Source of the DNA: Lama guanicoe
Taxonomy: Eukaryota
Length of the DNA stretch: 64,000 bases
Reading direction: 5' to 3'
Assembly: GCA_013239625.1 (NCBI GenBank)
Contig: MU057350.1
Location: forward strand, 27,589,611 to 27,653,610
Shown: in pieces, positions 36,411 to 48,779 of the stretch
How the letters are laid out: each line of letters starts with the position of its first letter
How positions within the stretch are numbered: position 1 is the first letter of the stretch
Program-made: the position numbers and the translations under genes
Notes under the pieces: model-generated
Database searches by the model: none
What the model saw: the letters and a program-made list of their open reading frames with translations, nothing else
Told to the model about the DNA's origin: nothing

Positions 36411-38679
36411 CACATTTAACTTATAAGAATTCATCCGTAAGCTCTTATCCAGAGACAGAAATATAAAGAAAGCGAGAGAAAAAAATAACAGTTCAACATT
36501 ATGTGAAATTCCACTTTCAATAATTGGTAGCTCTTCCTTGGTGAGAAGGGAGGTGTGAATCTGCTGTTCCCATATTTAGTCCCAGTTCCCCTCTGCCTCT
36601 CAGAGTGTGAGCATCTCACAGACGAGAAGTCATTTGTACTTAAAGCTATGTCTTAGCACTGGGAGTGAAACAATATGTATTCAATGAATGTTCACCAAAT
36701 GTTCCTTCATATCCTTGTTATTATTAATCTCCTCTACTCTCCCCATCTTCCTGGCAGCCCACACCCTCTGTCACCAGTTGATTTGTCAAATTATCTCTCT
36801 TGCAGGGATAGCTGGCCTATGCTGGGGACTTAGTACACTCTGACCTGCAGAGGAGTCACAGATCTGTCCTAAGTGATTTCCTTCATGTCCACCTAGAAGC
36901 AGCTACTCTTTCAGAAGTGGCTACCTAAACCAAAATCCATCACTGAGTTCTTGCCTAATTCCCCACAGATACCTCACCTGGAATCAATGCCCATCTCTTG
37001 CCCTCCAACCCCAGAGGGAGAGAGAATAAAGAAGAGCATATTAATCTCTAACCCTTTCTTTAAGCCCCACCTCATATCCTGGCCTGGAAATAATCTCTTC
37101 CCACAACTACTGCCAGAGACAATATCTTTTTCCATCCCTGGAAAATCCATCCCCACCCGCAAGGTGTGATCTGGTCCCAGGGTCCTGGAAAACACCATGA
37201 TCTGAAGGTCCATTCTTAAAATGCTTGTGTACTTAGGGTAAGTCAGCTCTGTATATGGGACATCAGTGGTCCTGCCAGGGTTGTGTTGTGCTAGTCCAAG
37301 CTGATCTCAACTCTCTCCCAGCCTTTCCTCCAATGCCAGGTGAGGATAATATCAAGTCAACACAACACTCATGTGTGGTCTGCCCTCCACTCTCCATCTC
37401 CTGGGAGCAAATGCTTAGGCAAAAATACAAGCTAACATCTTTCTAAAACAAAAAATAATGTTTAGACATAGAGAAATTTAAAGAAAAATTTAGGGAAAAA
37501 AATATCCTGCACAATTTTCAAGTACATGAAACATATGTCCAAGGTAAATTACTAAACAAATAACTTAATACTGCCATCAGAAGCTTCTGCATTTGGATAA
37601 TTCCACTGTCAATTGGGTCTTTGCCAAGAATGATGGATGTAGGTTTGTCTAATGTCAATAAAATTCAAGACCCACCAAAGTCCTTTCTCCCAGAAAAAAG
37701 AGACCTATGACCTAAAGACAAAAGGAAGTTAAGTCTCCAGTCAGGTCAGTCAGATTTCCATACACACTGCTTGGGTACAGTACCTGGAACACAATAAGCC
37801 TTTGATTGATGTTAGTCATTTTAACATTGTGATCGTCATCTATTATCACCTTGCAGTATGCCATCCTTCCAGCATATACACCAAGTACAAAATCACCTTG
37901 TTCTCTTTTGATTTTTCAGAGTCAAATGGGGAAAAAAAAAAACTGGTCATCTCCATCCTGAATTTGTGCAAGAGTTTGACTCTGTGAGATGCTTTGATTA
38001 TGTCATATGTTGCATCAAAGTTCAGGTTACAAGCTCAAAAATGGTTTACAAGCCAGTTCACTTCACCAAGTGTCCATAGTGGAAAAGTTAGCCCTTTCAT
38101 GGAATGAGTCGGTTCACCCTCAGTGCCCAGTGTAATGTACAAACAGTGCAGAGAATTTGTGGATATTTGCAAGACAGAGAAAAACAATTAAAGAAAGCTA
38201 ACCAAGCCCCTTTTCATGAGATTGAAACAGCAACATTGCAACTAAAATCATGATCTTATTCCAGTGACCTTTTTATTTCAGTCTGCATGGCTCACATTTT
38301 TTAATATTTGAAAGAGTTGAGACAAGAGCTATGCAAATTTAGTTTTCTGTTGAAAGACTAGAATCTCTGACTATTAGAGCTGGCATTCACATACACAAAC
38401 TGACAGATCATCTTCCCCACCACGCCCACTTTATGGTCTGGCAGCTGCTGGCGAAACTAGTTGGAGTAGGGGAAATGAATGAATTTTGAACACAGGATTG
38501 CCAAATACCAGTCAAGCACCACAACTCACTAGCCCTGTGATTCTGGCTGGGCTACTTCTCCTCTCTGGATTTCACTTTACTGAGTCCGAGTATAACAGTA
38601 TATACGTGGAAAGCTCTTTATATCCTCTAAGGTGTTGCACAAACATTACACGGAATCACACTGATGTGATGTGTGTGTA

Positions 38680-38870
38680 TGATTTGAATGCACAGGACCT
38701 TAGTTTAAGTCCTCGTTCCATCACCTGACCTTTGTAAGTGTCAGAGTCCTTCTCTATAGAATGGGACACATACAACACTCCCCTCCTATGGCTTCTGTGA
38801 TGACCTTAACATGTCTGCAAAGCACTTACAATGTCCAATACATAGACACCTCCAACAAGCAGCAACAATC
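38680..38870 (+). mobile_element. MIR
   Basis: CAGGACCTTAGTTTAAGTCC…TCTATAGAATGGGAC…GCAAAGCACTTACAATGTCC. Confidence 0.5.
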
Positions 38871-39203
38871 ATTAGACATCTGATGATGAAATTGATATTT
38901 CTTCAACAAGTATTTAAAGAGGCCTGGCCATGTGCTAGGCACTCTATCTTGTGCTGGGAGTGAAGGTGGGAAAAAAGATAACTTCTGGTTCTGAAGGGAC
39001 TCACTGTGTATTTGGAAATATCTTACTTCACATGTCCATCGACAAAGTGATCAGAGACTCCTTATTGCCCAGAACATAAAATTCAAGTTCTTTGGCATTT
39101 AAAACAGTCCAGTGTATGACCCCATTCTGTCCCCCACTGAACCTCCTTATACAATGTTTGTTTCCAATAAAACTAAATTTCCCATGTCGTTTTCATTATT
39201 CAT

Positions 39204-39610
39204 TGAACTAGTCATGATTCTCCAAAGAAATGGAACCAATAAGAAGAGATTGTTATAAAAATTGGCTCATGCAGTTCTAGAGGCTGAAAAGTCCCACAAT
39301 CTGCCACCTTCAAGACAGACAACCAGCAAAGCCGGTGGTTAGTTCAGTCTGAGTCTGAAGTCCAAGAACCAGGAGCAGGAATGTTTGAGGGCAGAAGTGG
39401 ATGAACATGAATGTGCAGCTCAGACAGAGAGCAGATTCTCCCTCCCTTCACCTTTTGTTCTATCTGGGCTCTCAGTGGACTGGGTGGTGCCCACCCACAC
39501 TGATTAGGGTGATTGTCTCCACTCAGTCCACTGATTAAAATGCTGACCTCTTTTAGAAACACCCTCACAGACACACCCAGAAATGATGTTTTATGTAGGA
39601 TCTAGGCATC
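39204..39610 (-). mobile_element. ERVL solo LTR, MLT2-like
   Basis: TTCTCCAAAGAAATGGAACCAATAAG…AATTGGCTCATG…AAGTCCCACAATCTGCC…AAACACCCTCACAGACACACCCAGAAAT. Confidence 0.85.
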
Positions 39611-39854
39611 ACGCTCATGCTGGATTCTCCACCTGGAATATAACCCCCCCCCACCTTTCTGTCAAAACCCTACACGGCCTTCATGGTCAAGACAAAGTGC
39701 TCTCTATTGTGAATGAACATCCGGTTTTCCTTTTCAGTTCATGCTCCGTTAAGGAACCATTTCTTCTCTACACCACTTCTGATATAGCTGCAGATGCTGT
39801 TCCCTGGCCAAAAAAAAAATGCAAACAAGAACACCCAGTTCAGGTCTAAGAGAA

Positions 39855-40205
39855 TATGGCATTCCCCTCACTTTAGGGACTAGTTTGGGGATAGGCGTGT
39901 GACCCAATATAGGCTGCTGAGAACGACACGTGGGGTTAGTGTATGTATGTTCGAGAATTTCCTTTTACGCTGGAGTTGCTAAGGTAGCTGTTAAATGAGA
40001 AGGCTGCAAGTCAAGAGCTCAAGATATCATCTTACCTAGAAGAACATCCAACTTAGAGGAAAGTAGAGCTGAGAGATGGAAGGAAAACACACTCCTAATG
40101 GCATCACTGACCACTTGTATGGACACCCCTTGACTTCCAGTTAGGGAAGACAGTCCATCTCTTCTCCTCCTCCTCTTTCTTCTTCGTCGTTGTCGTCATC
40201 TTCTT

Positions 40206-40236
<31 letters not shown>

Positions 40237-40300
40237 TCTTTATTATTTATTTTTTATTATTTATTATTTCTATTACCTGCAATCAAGAATCTCCTGCTGA
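39855..40300 (+). mobile_element. MaLR LTR, MLT1J/K-like
   Basis: GGCGTGTGACCCAAT…GAGGAAAGTAGAGCTGAGAGATGGA…TTTCTATTACCTGCAATCAAGAATCTCCTG. Confidence 0.6.
40160..40270. repeat. Compound trinucleotide repeat containing (TTC)11
   Basis: (TCC)n-(TCT)n-(TCG)n-(TTC)11 followed by a TTA-rich tract. Confidence 0.9.
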
Positions 40301-41829
40301 CCAAGACCACAGCATATTTATATCTGTGGCTCCAGTGAAACACTGGAATGAGTTTTTTGCCCACTGTAGGTGCTCAGTAAATGTTAGGTTAGATTAATTA
40401 ATCTATAGCTCATGGAAAGAAATGTGATTGATTCCAAATGGCATTCAACCTCCCTAACATGTAACCTGGTTCATTAAAGCAGAGGAAATTTATCTGAGTC
40501 AAATGATTTATTTGTAAAGACTATTCAGCCATGCAGTTTCTCTAGAGCCCCAGAGGAACCTGCACTTTGCATAATAACCTACACAGACGGGAGAATTATA
40601 ATTTTAATCCTCCCTTTAGAAATGAGAAGGAGAAGGCCTGGAGAGATTAGCTGACTTCCTACAGTCTCACAGGAAGTAGGCAGCACACTGCTGTGCTCTG
40701 ATTCCAAAGGACTAGTGCTCCTTTGTCTTGCTCTGTCTGCAGAGTCGGGGCAGCACGGGGGTAAGAACTGTTGAGGTCGCCCAAGCTGGAGTTGAAGCCA
40801 CACCTCCTCCAGTTGTGAAGCACTGCCTCAGGTTCTCGTATGCAGTAAGTGCCAAATAAATAAGAGCCTGTATTTTTTACCACAAACACACATTGGTATG
40901 TTTCTCAGTCCGCCAGAAATTTGACTCAGAATCTTGGGGCAGCTTCATCTGACTATTCCCCACTGTTACCTACGAGATTTCTCTGCCTTAGGGAAAAACA
41001 GATTCGTCACAGGCATCTGGTGGGGAAAACGTAAGACATAAGTTACTGATGTTGGAGTTATGATTAATTTCCCACCCATTACCCAAGACTTTGTTCACTC
41101 ATAATCAAATGGAACTTCCCTGTGCTCACTGAGGGGAGAATATTACTTGGTTACTGTTACAGATTTGCTAAGTTTAATTAGCTTTAGAATCTAATTTAGA
41201 TGAGCTATAAGTTACAACAGGAACTTCTCAATAGATTATGGGAATCTGATGACTATGGATAAACAAGACAATGTGCAAATGAATATAAAACTTAACCCTG
41301 TAAACCTGAAAAAAGCTTTCGAAATTCCTGCCTCAGGTTGAAGGGGAAATTAAGGGACAATGGCCTCCTTTATTTGACTTTCAGTCTCATTGTTGTCCTA
41401 TCTAAATGTCAAAGGACAGACCAGCACAGCAAGCACCAACTCAAAGACAGAGCTAAAACAAGGTTCTCTGACCCACCAAGACGACTATCTGGGGCTACTG
41501 TACACAAGCTTTTATTACAAAAATTTAATTTAATTATTTTTTAGTTTAATCTAGCAAGGCCTCACATGATTGCCTTGTAAATGTTTTAAAAAGTGAAGCC
41601 ACCTGATGACTTAACCAATTCTTAGAATGTATGCACAATTTAAATTGGAATATTGAAACTGAAAGCACGCCAGTACAGGAAGAGAGAAGACACCCTCCTT
41701 CCCGGGCTAGAAGCATTTTAGCACTTTAATTGCTAACAAGTTTCTTCGATGACAAAATCTCTCCCAAAGTTTTTACAGAGAAAGCTGAAGAAAGAGATGT
41801 TAGGGGAAGGGATTTAACATGTAGATGGT

Positions 41830-42000
41830 GAACATCTACATTATGCCAAGTACTGTCCGTGATGCTAAGCACATGTGAGCTCCTGTCACTCCCCCCAAAG
41901 CCCTTGAGAAGGATTTCCTTGATCTGTATAAAGGGCCCCGGAATTACTGAGTAAAATGCCCACAGTCTCCCCGCTAATAAAGGGCAGTGTCGAGACTTAA
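41830..42000 (-). mobile_element. MIR
   Basis: AACATCTACATTATGCCAAGTACTGT…AAATGCCCACAGTCTCCCCGCTAATAAAGGGCAG. Confidence 0.5.
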
Positions 42001-42189
42001 ACACACACACAAAAAATCAGTGTTGTGATTAAGAAACAAAAGCAAAAACCTCCAAAGCTCAGTCTTCCCCTGTTCCATCAGTGTTCTCGTAAGTCTGTCG
42101 TTCGCGTTTAACCTTAACTTCATTATGTTGCTGCGTGCCGGAGATTAGTTGTTTATCAAACTATTTTTCTCTCCCACCTGGGTGTGTAA

Positions 42190-42560
42190 CTAGACCGCGG
42201 CTTCCAGCCTCCCTCTGGTGAAGTTGTGTGGCCACGCGACTGAAATGTGGCCAAAGGAATGTGGTGGGTGTGACGACCGTCATCCCCAGAGCTGGCCAGT
42301 TAGACCTTCCTGTGCAGAGCACCAAGCTCTCCCTATGACCACCTCTGCTAACTGTATTCAGATCATCTAGTGGAGGGCCCAAGGCTCAATGGATATTGGA
42401 GCAACTAGTTGGAAAGAGCCTGGGGCTTCCCTGACTCCATGGAGCTGAGCTATGATGCTAAATCACATTGGATTGTAACATGCAGGAAAAACCTTCACTA
42501 ATTAAGCTTGGAGACTCAGGGATTATTTATTACAGCAGCTAGTCTCCCCTGACCAATACA
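42190..42560 (+). mobile_element. MaLR LTR, MLT1H/I-like
   Basis: TTCCAGCCTCCCT…GTGTGGCCACGCGACTGAAATGTGGCCAAAGGAATGTG…TTATTACAGCAGCTAG…CTGACCAATACA end. Confidence 0.65.
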
Positions 42561-43647
42561 TGATAAACTATTTATACTTGATATATTATTTGAACACATC
42601 TAATTTTTTTCTTAAATTATTTATCATGGCATTATTGACTTTATCCTCTATTGTGATGTACTGGCTAATTTTTTCTATTACATGAAAATAAAACCAAAAA
42701 TATTTTTTAAGGTTTACTGGATAATAAGTTTGTGATAATGTGCTACCCTAATCACTTCCCTGTGCTTGGCCAGGTTGTGGGCCCCTTCTTCAGCCCAAAC
42801 CCTGAATATCCAAAGCAATGTTCACGCCAGGATGTGCACACAGAGGCCCTGTGTCATCCCAATCTAACAACTGCCCTTTAAGTCCAGAGGGCCCAGCTAG
42901 AAAGAACGGAACTGAGCAGAAACTCCAGAGCTACTCTGACTTAAAAGGCAGCAGAAGCCTCTTGGCAAAAGACAGAGTAACTATGGCCACATGCCTCTCT
43001 TGATTGCTCAGGCCTTGGACCTGCGGTGGCTGCAGTCTTTTAGGAACCACTGAGGACTGAATGAGCAAGAACAGAGGCCCTTCCTACCATCCATCACTCT
43101 GCCTCTGGACAACGGAGCCAGCTACGCATACTCTCTCCTGAGTTACCAAACCATGGACTCCGTCCATGTACATTTCAACCTGCACATTTAGGTGTCTGAC
43201 CACAGAGCATCTCTCCAGCCTGCAAAGATAAACCTTCTAAACCCAAGACTAATGGTTCTAAAAATAAGCCAGAAGAATAAGAACTCCTGGAGGACAAGGA
43301 CCACATCCTAATTATCTCTGATTCCCCCAAAAGCAGAGCACAAAATAGGCACTAAAGGAGCATTTGCTAAACTGAACACCAACGGTTTATCTGTTCAGAA
43401 GAAAAAGAAAAGTTTTCATGTCACCTCATAGTGATCCACTCCAAGAGAGAGAATTGTGTAAGAATGTCTTGAAAGTACATTAGAAATTTTCAGTAGGCAT
43501 ATAGGTAGTGAGTTTTCCTTCCTAGAAAGGAAACAGAAAACCATGTCTGAAACCTCACCGTAAAAATCAGATGACTGCTAAGCCTCATATAATTAAGACA
43601 GTCAGCATTTACGAGGAGTGAACTGCTACTGAAATTCAACTGCAACT

Positions 43648-43685
43648 ACACACACACACACACACACACACTCACTCACACACAC
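43648..43685. repeat. (CA)n microsatellite
   Basis: CA run. Confidence 0.9.
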
Positions 43686-45599
43686 TACACTGCTGCTTCA
43701 TTAAATCATTTAAGTCTCCAGTGTTTGTGGTAGTGCTTAGAATGGTCTAATATTGAAAATAATGTCACCTACCCAAAACAGAAAAAGAGAGAGGGAGAGA
43801 GAGAGGACAAAATATATTTAATGTAAAACCTGGTGACTCTCCTGCGTGGCAAAGCACTAAGGAGTTACTCTGGCCCCACACGTCTTTTCTGTGCAGGCTT
43901 TCTGAACTCTTCCCCTCTGTTATTTATGGAAAGATATGGCGGTGGGGGTGGGGGCGGGGGGAAGCAGGCAAACTCTTTCCATGGCAACCCTTGCAGAACA
44001 TGTTACACCTAATACTAGCCGTCATTGCTTAGAGAGCACTTCTCACCAGGAAAAAAAAAAATGCTTTTGACTTGATTATATGAGTATTTAACATCTATCA
44101 GGGAAAACATACAGCAATTAAAAGAGCACTCACTCTGTCCCCTCAAGTATTGAAACAAAGCTCTGCCGCTTCCTTCTTTTTAATAAAATATTCATCTCTT
44201 TTGTGGAAGAATTGACAAATTTGTATAAATGTGGTAGTGCCTTAATGTGATAACCGGGTTCTACCATTGCTCTAAGGTTAAAGATAATGAGTTTGTTTAA
44301 GATTTCTTTCCTGTGTTTTCCATCCAAAGTGAAAATGTTCCTCCCCAGCAGCTGTTTCCTTTCAGGTATTTACCCCCAGGTTACCATGGATTTACTTCTG
44401 AATCATCCTGTCCCTCCTGTCACTGGGCCAATGTGCTTTCAGTCTCGCTCTCCCTCTGCCTCCCCTCACCTCCCAGCCTTGTGAGTCTTTCAGAGACAAG
44501 CAAACATCCTTGTTCTCTCTCCTGCTTTTGCTTTTAATTACCTTCTCTGAGCTCTGGCTTCCTCTGTTTTAGAGAAGCCTCATAGAATTGCCTAAAATGT
44601 AAATACTGTCAGGCTACAGGAACATAGACACCAAGGAAAAGAGGTCAATGAGATAGCACTGCATCGACAACTGGGTGTGAGGCAGACAAGAAGCCAGGTT
44701 TTCATTTCCGGTTATCAGTCCACATCGGGAACACATGGAGTTGTTTCCCAAAATGTCCTAGCCTCTAGGACTAGCCCGAACAAAATGTCATATATTTTCA
44801 AGGGTTAGATTAATCAGAAACCCTTTACAGACATGCTCAGAAGCACATCTCTATTCTGATAGTTGATAGAGTTCACTGACAGATTCGAAAAGCATTTTGG
44901 AATGACCATGTTCTAGGAACTGTGCTGGAACACAATAATGCCTGTTAATTTTTGCAGTCTCAGTTTTGATGGTAAGTGCTCTGGGAAGCATCCTCTAACT
45001 TTCACAGCTGAGTCAGGTAGCATCCTCTGTGTTTCCCTGGCACCTTGAGTTTAAACTTACGATAGTACTAATTTTTTGTTTTGTAATTAATTTCTTCTTT
45101 TTATAATAGGATAGGCCCAGTTAAGCTTCAGGAGCAAATAAACTACCAAATTTCATTAGCCAAACAAATCTGAAATTCTCATTTAAATCGCCATCCAGTG
45201 TAGACAGGGTGGACCTATAGCAACGATCTTATCTAAGAACACACTAAGGGACTCAGGCTGCTTGTACCCCCAGTGCAGTTCCACTATGCAGAAACCTTTG
45301 CTTTCAGCTAAATTCACAGAATGGCAGGTGGGCGGGGGATGGGGGGACAGAGAGAAAGAGAGAGAGAGAAAGAGAGATATCAAGACAATGGAGGTGCCAT
45401 ACATGTTCTTAACTATCTCAAAGGAGTTAAGAATTGACGAGAACTTACGGACATTTAATAAGAAATGTGATACTCTGTTCTGATATGCAAAATTAAATTG
45501 TAAACTCTTTAAGGACAGAGACTGGTTATATGAGAATGTTATAGCATGTCATCATGTTTGTGTCTGATAGGAATTACCCAACAGACACAGAAAATTCAA

Positions 45600-46788
45600 C
45601 AAGACTGATTTACAAAGCCTTATTAATGAAAGAGTTCAACATACATACTTGACATAAGAGTAATATTAAAGATCACTTTTATTGCTAACATAACAGCAAT
45701 AAATAAGTATAACATGCAAGTTTTTTAAAAAGACAATTTTTACAAAGGAAGACAAACTGTAAGATGTGTGGGAGAATAAAACGGTTCCTTCACTTTGGCG
45801 AACTGTTTGACAACTTGTTATAAAGTTACATATCTACCTGATGACTTAGCAATTCTATTCCAGGTATTTGTCCCAAAGAAAGAGAGGCATCTACCCACAA
45901 AGAGAACCTCCCAGTTTTCTTAGGAATTCTTAGAAGATTTGCTCATAATGGGCATAAAACTGGAAACAACCCAAATATCTATAAATGCATTGCAGTATAA
46001 TCATCTAAAAGACTAGTACACACAATAAAATCAAATAAAATGCTGCTCATGCAACAATACAAAAGAACCACAGAACATCACGTTGAAGATAAGCCAGACA
46101 CAAAAAAGTGCAGACGGTATAATCTGATTTATAGGAAGAAGGTCCGTGAATAGGCAAAAGTAACGATACAAATCAGAAAGTACTTATTTTGGTGGTAAAT
46201 GCAAATTTCACAGGAAAGCATCATGAAAACCTGTCTGGGGTAGTGAAAATGATCTACATCTTGTTTGGGATATACAAAGGTTGATATAACTATCAAAACT
46301 TACCAAGCTGAACACTTACAATCCGTGAATTTTATTTTATTTAAACAATATTCAATATGACAGCAAAGAAAGAAACCTGTAAGTATCCAGAAGTGAATTT
46401 TCAAAGATGTTCAAGACTGTCCAAAATAATTTATCAGACTTTATTGAAAACTACTAATGAAAATATATATCATAATTATGGAGAGGAAATCTCAATTTCA
46501 TAAGAGTAATAATTCTCATTAAATAAATCTACATATTCCATGAAATTGTTCTCAGTTTCAACACCCATTTGTCTGAGTGAATATGTGTGTGTGTGTGTTT
46601 ATATGATCACCTCAATAGCTGATTAAAGAATTTATACAGAAGAATATAGAGCCTAGCCTAGCTGTGATAACCTTGGAGAATGATCATAGTAAAAAAATGA
46701 GTAGAAAAATGATGGAGAATAAAAAGATTTAATTTATCAGACAGTAAGATACACCATAACAAATAATTTAGAAAAATATATATTGGAA
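45600..46788 (+). mobile_element. Old L1 (L1MD/ME-like) 3' and ORF2 fragments
   Basis: GACTTAGCAATTCTATTCCAGGTATTTGTCCCAAAGAAA…AAACTGGAAACAACCCAAAT…AAGCCAGACACAAAA. Confidence 0.7.
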
Positions 46789-47000
46789 TGTTGAAACTAA
46801 AAACTGTTGTTTCTCCAGTAAACAAAAGAATATAGAGAGATTTATTCAAAATCAGCAGAGAATTGCAATTTGGGATCTGCAACCACAATTAGTCACACGC
46901 AAGTCCTTATACAGCAAGGAAACGATAACTCTTTTATAGAGGGGAAAGGAAGTTAGAAGGGCTGTAGTAAATAAAGACCTCATGGCTTTTCATTGGCAAA
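46789..47000 (-). mobile_element. ERV1 LTR 3' portion (end of U3, R, U5), probable 3' LTR of the provirus
   Basis: Minus strand has CCAAT, then CTATAAAA, then AATAAA, ending …CAACA; resembles LTR39/MER34-group LTRs as I recall them. Confidence 0.7.
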
Positions 47001-47019
47001 CTCTTTACCTCTCTACAGT

Positions 47020-48729
47020 TCAGAATGATAATCTTGCCACATAAGAGTATCCTTGGTTGTCAATTTTTTTCCTTCCAGCACTTTAAATATATCATGCCAC
47101 TCCCTTCTGGCTGCAGTTTCTGCTGAAAAAAAAATCAGCTGACAGTCTTACAGGTGGTATGTGACTCTTTGTTTTTTTCTTACTGTCTTTAAATTTTTGT
47201 TTTATCTTTTGCTATTTTAATTATGAGGCTTGGTTCTCTTTGAGCTCATCTTGTTTAGGACTCTCTGTACTTCTTGGGCTTGGACTTGGATATCTGTTTC
47301 CTTCCAGAGGTTAGGAAAGTTTTCAGCCATTATTTTATCAAATACATTTTCTGCCCTTTTCTTTCTCTGTCTTAGCCTTCTGGGACCCCTATAATGCATA
47401 TATTAGTATGTTTGATGGTATCCCAGCGATCTCTTAAACTATCTTCATTCTTTTTTTTCTTTTTTCTTTTTTCTGTTCCAATCGGGTGATTTCCATTATT
47501 CTCTCTTTCTGGTCACTTATGCATTCTCCTGTAACACTTAATCTACTGTTGATTCCCTCTAGTGCATTTTTAATTTCACTTACTGTAATTAGCTCTAATT
47601 TATTTTTTCTGTTTTCTTTTTTGAAGTTCACATTGTGTTCCACTATTATTCTCCTGAGTTTTGTGAGCATTTGTATAACTGTTGCTTTGAACTCTTTCAA
47701 GTAAACTACTTCTTTCTATTTCATTAAGGTTTGGGAGGAAGGTACGATAGGGGTTACTATCTTGTTCTTTTATTTGGAAGATGTTCCCCTGTCATCTCAT
47801 TTTGCTTGACTTTCTGTTTGTCTCTACGAAATTAGACAAAACAGTTACCTATCCTGGTCTTGAAGGTGTACGCTTGTGTAGGAATGTCCCTATACAGACT
47901 GCTTGTGCCCAGTGGCTTTCACAGGAGGGCTGGAACTAAAATTAGTATGGACCATGGGGCCAGGGCTTCTCTCAGGGCACTCTGGCAGCTACTACCTTGG
48001 TGGGGTGGCTGAAGCCAAAAGGGCTAGATTTGAAACCTGGTGCAGAACAGGGTTTCTCCTGAGGCATGTTGATGTCCACCATCTTGAAAAGAGCAGAGCT
48101 GGAGCTGGAGATTGATGTGAGCCAGGGCTTTCCCAGGGATGCTCCACGGCTGCCACCTTGGTGGGCATTGTTAGTGCCAGAGGCTAGCACAGGCTAGGGG
48201 ATACGCTGGAGCAGTCTTGGTAGGCCAGATAAAGCATTAGACACTTTGCAATCTGCTGTCTCTGTGCTGGGCCTGAGAACATGTAAGTTTTTGTGTGTAC
48301 CCTTGTAGTGTGGAATCTCAGTTTCCTACAGCCCTCTGATTCTCTTGATCATAAGCCCCACTGGTTTTCAAAGCCAGTTAATGAGGCTTGTCTTCTCAGT
48401 GCCAGACCCCAGAGCTGGGGTGCCCAGTGTGGGGCTCAAGCCCCTCACTCCTTCAGGAGGAACTCCAAGGCGTGGTATCTCCTTCTTCATCTCCTTCTTC
48501 TTTCAGGTCACTCACGGGGTTGGTGGGTCCTGACTATATCACTTCTCTTCCCCTTCTGCTCATCTCAGTGTGGTCTTTTTCTTTCAATCCTTACTTGTCA
48601 AAGAGTCATTTTGTACTAGCCTTCAGGTCATTCTCAGAGAGTTTTCTCTACACGTAGTTGTAATTTTGGCGTGTTTGTAGGAGGTGAGCTCAGGGTCTTC
48701 CTAACTCTGTCATTTTGATCCCATTTCTC
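47020..48729 (-). mobile_element. L1 5'UTR plus decayed ORF1, 3'-truncated
   Basis: ORF1p peptides EIKNALEGINSRL…CISDQKERIMEI and IMAENFPNL…QEVQRV; 5' end GGGATCAAAATGACAGAGTTAGGAAGACCCTGAGCTCACCTCC (decayed YY1 start). Confidence 0.9.
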
Positions 48730-48779
48730 TAGCTAGTTTTTCTAAGTTATCATGTGGGGAAATATCCCTTTGGATCATG

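Noticed and set aside
40180-40235. Acidic (Glu/Asp) coding tract on the minus strand
   Set aside because: It is a microsatellite within an MaLR LTR, with no long ORF or splice context.
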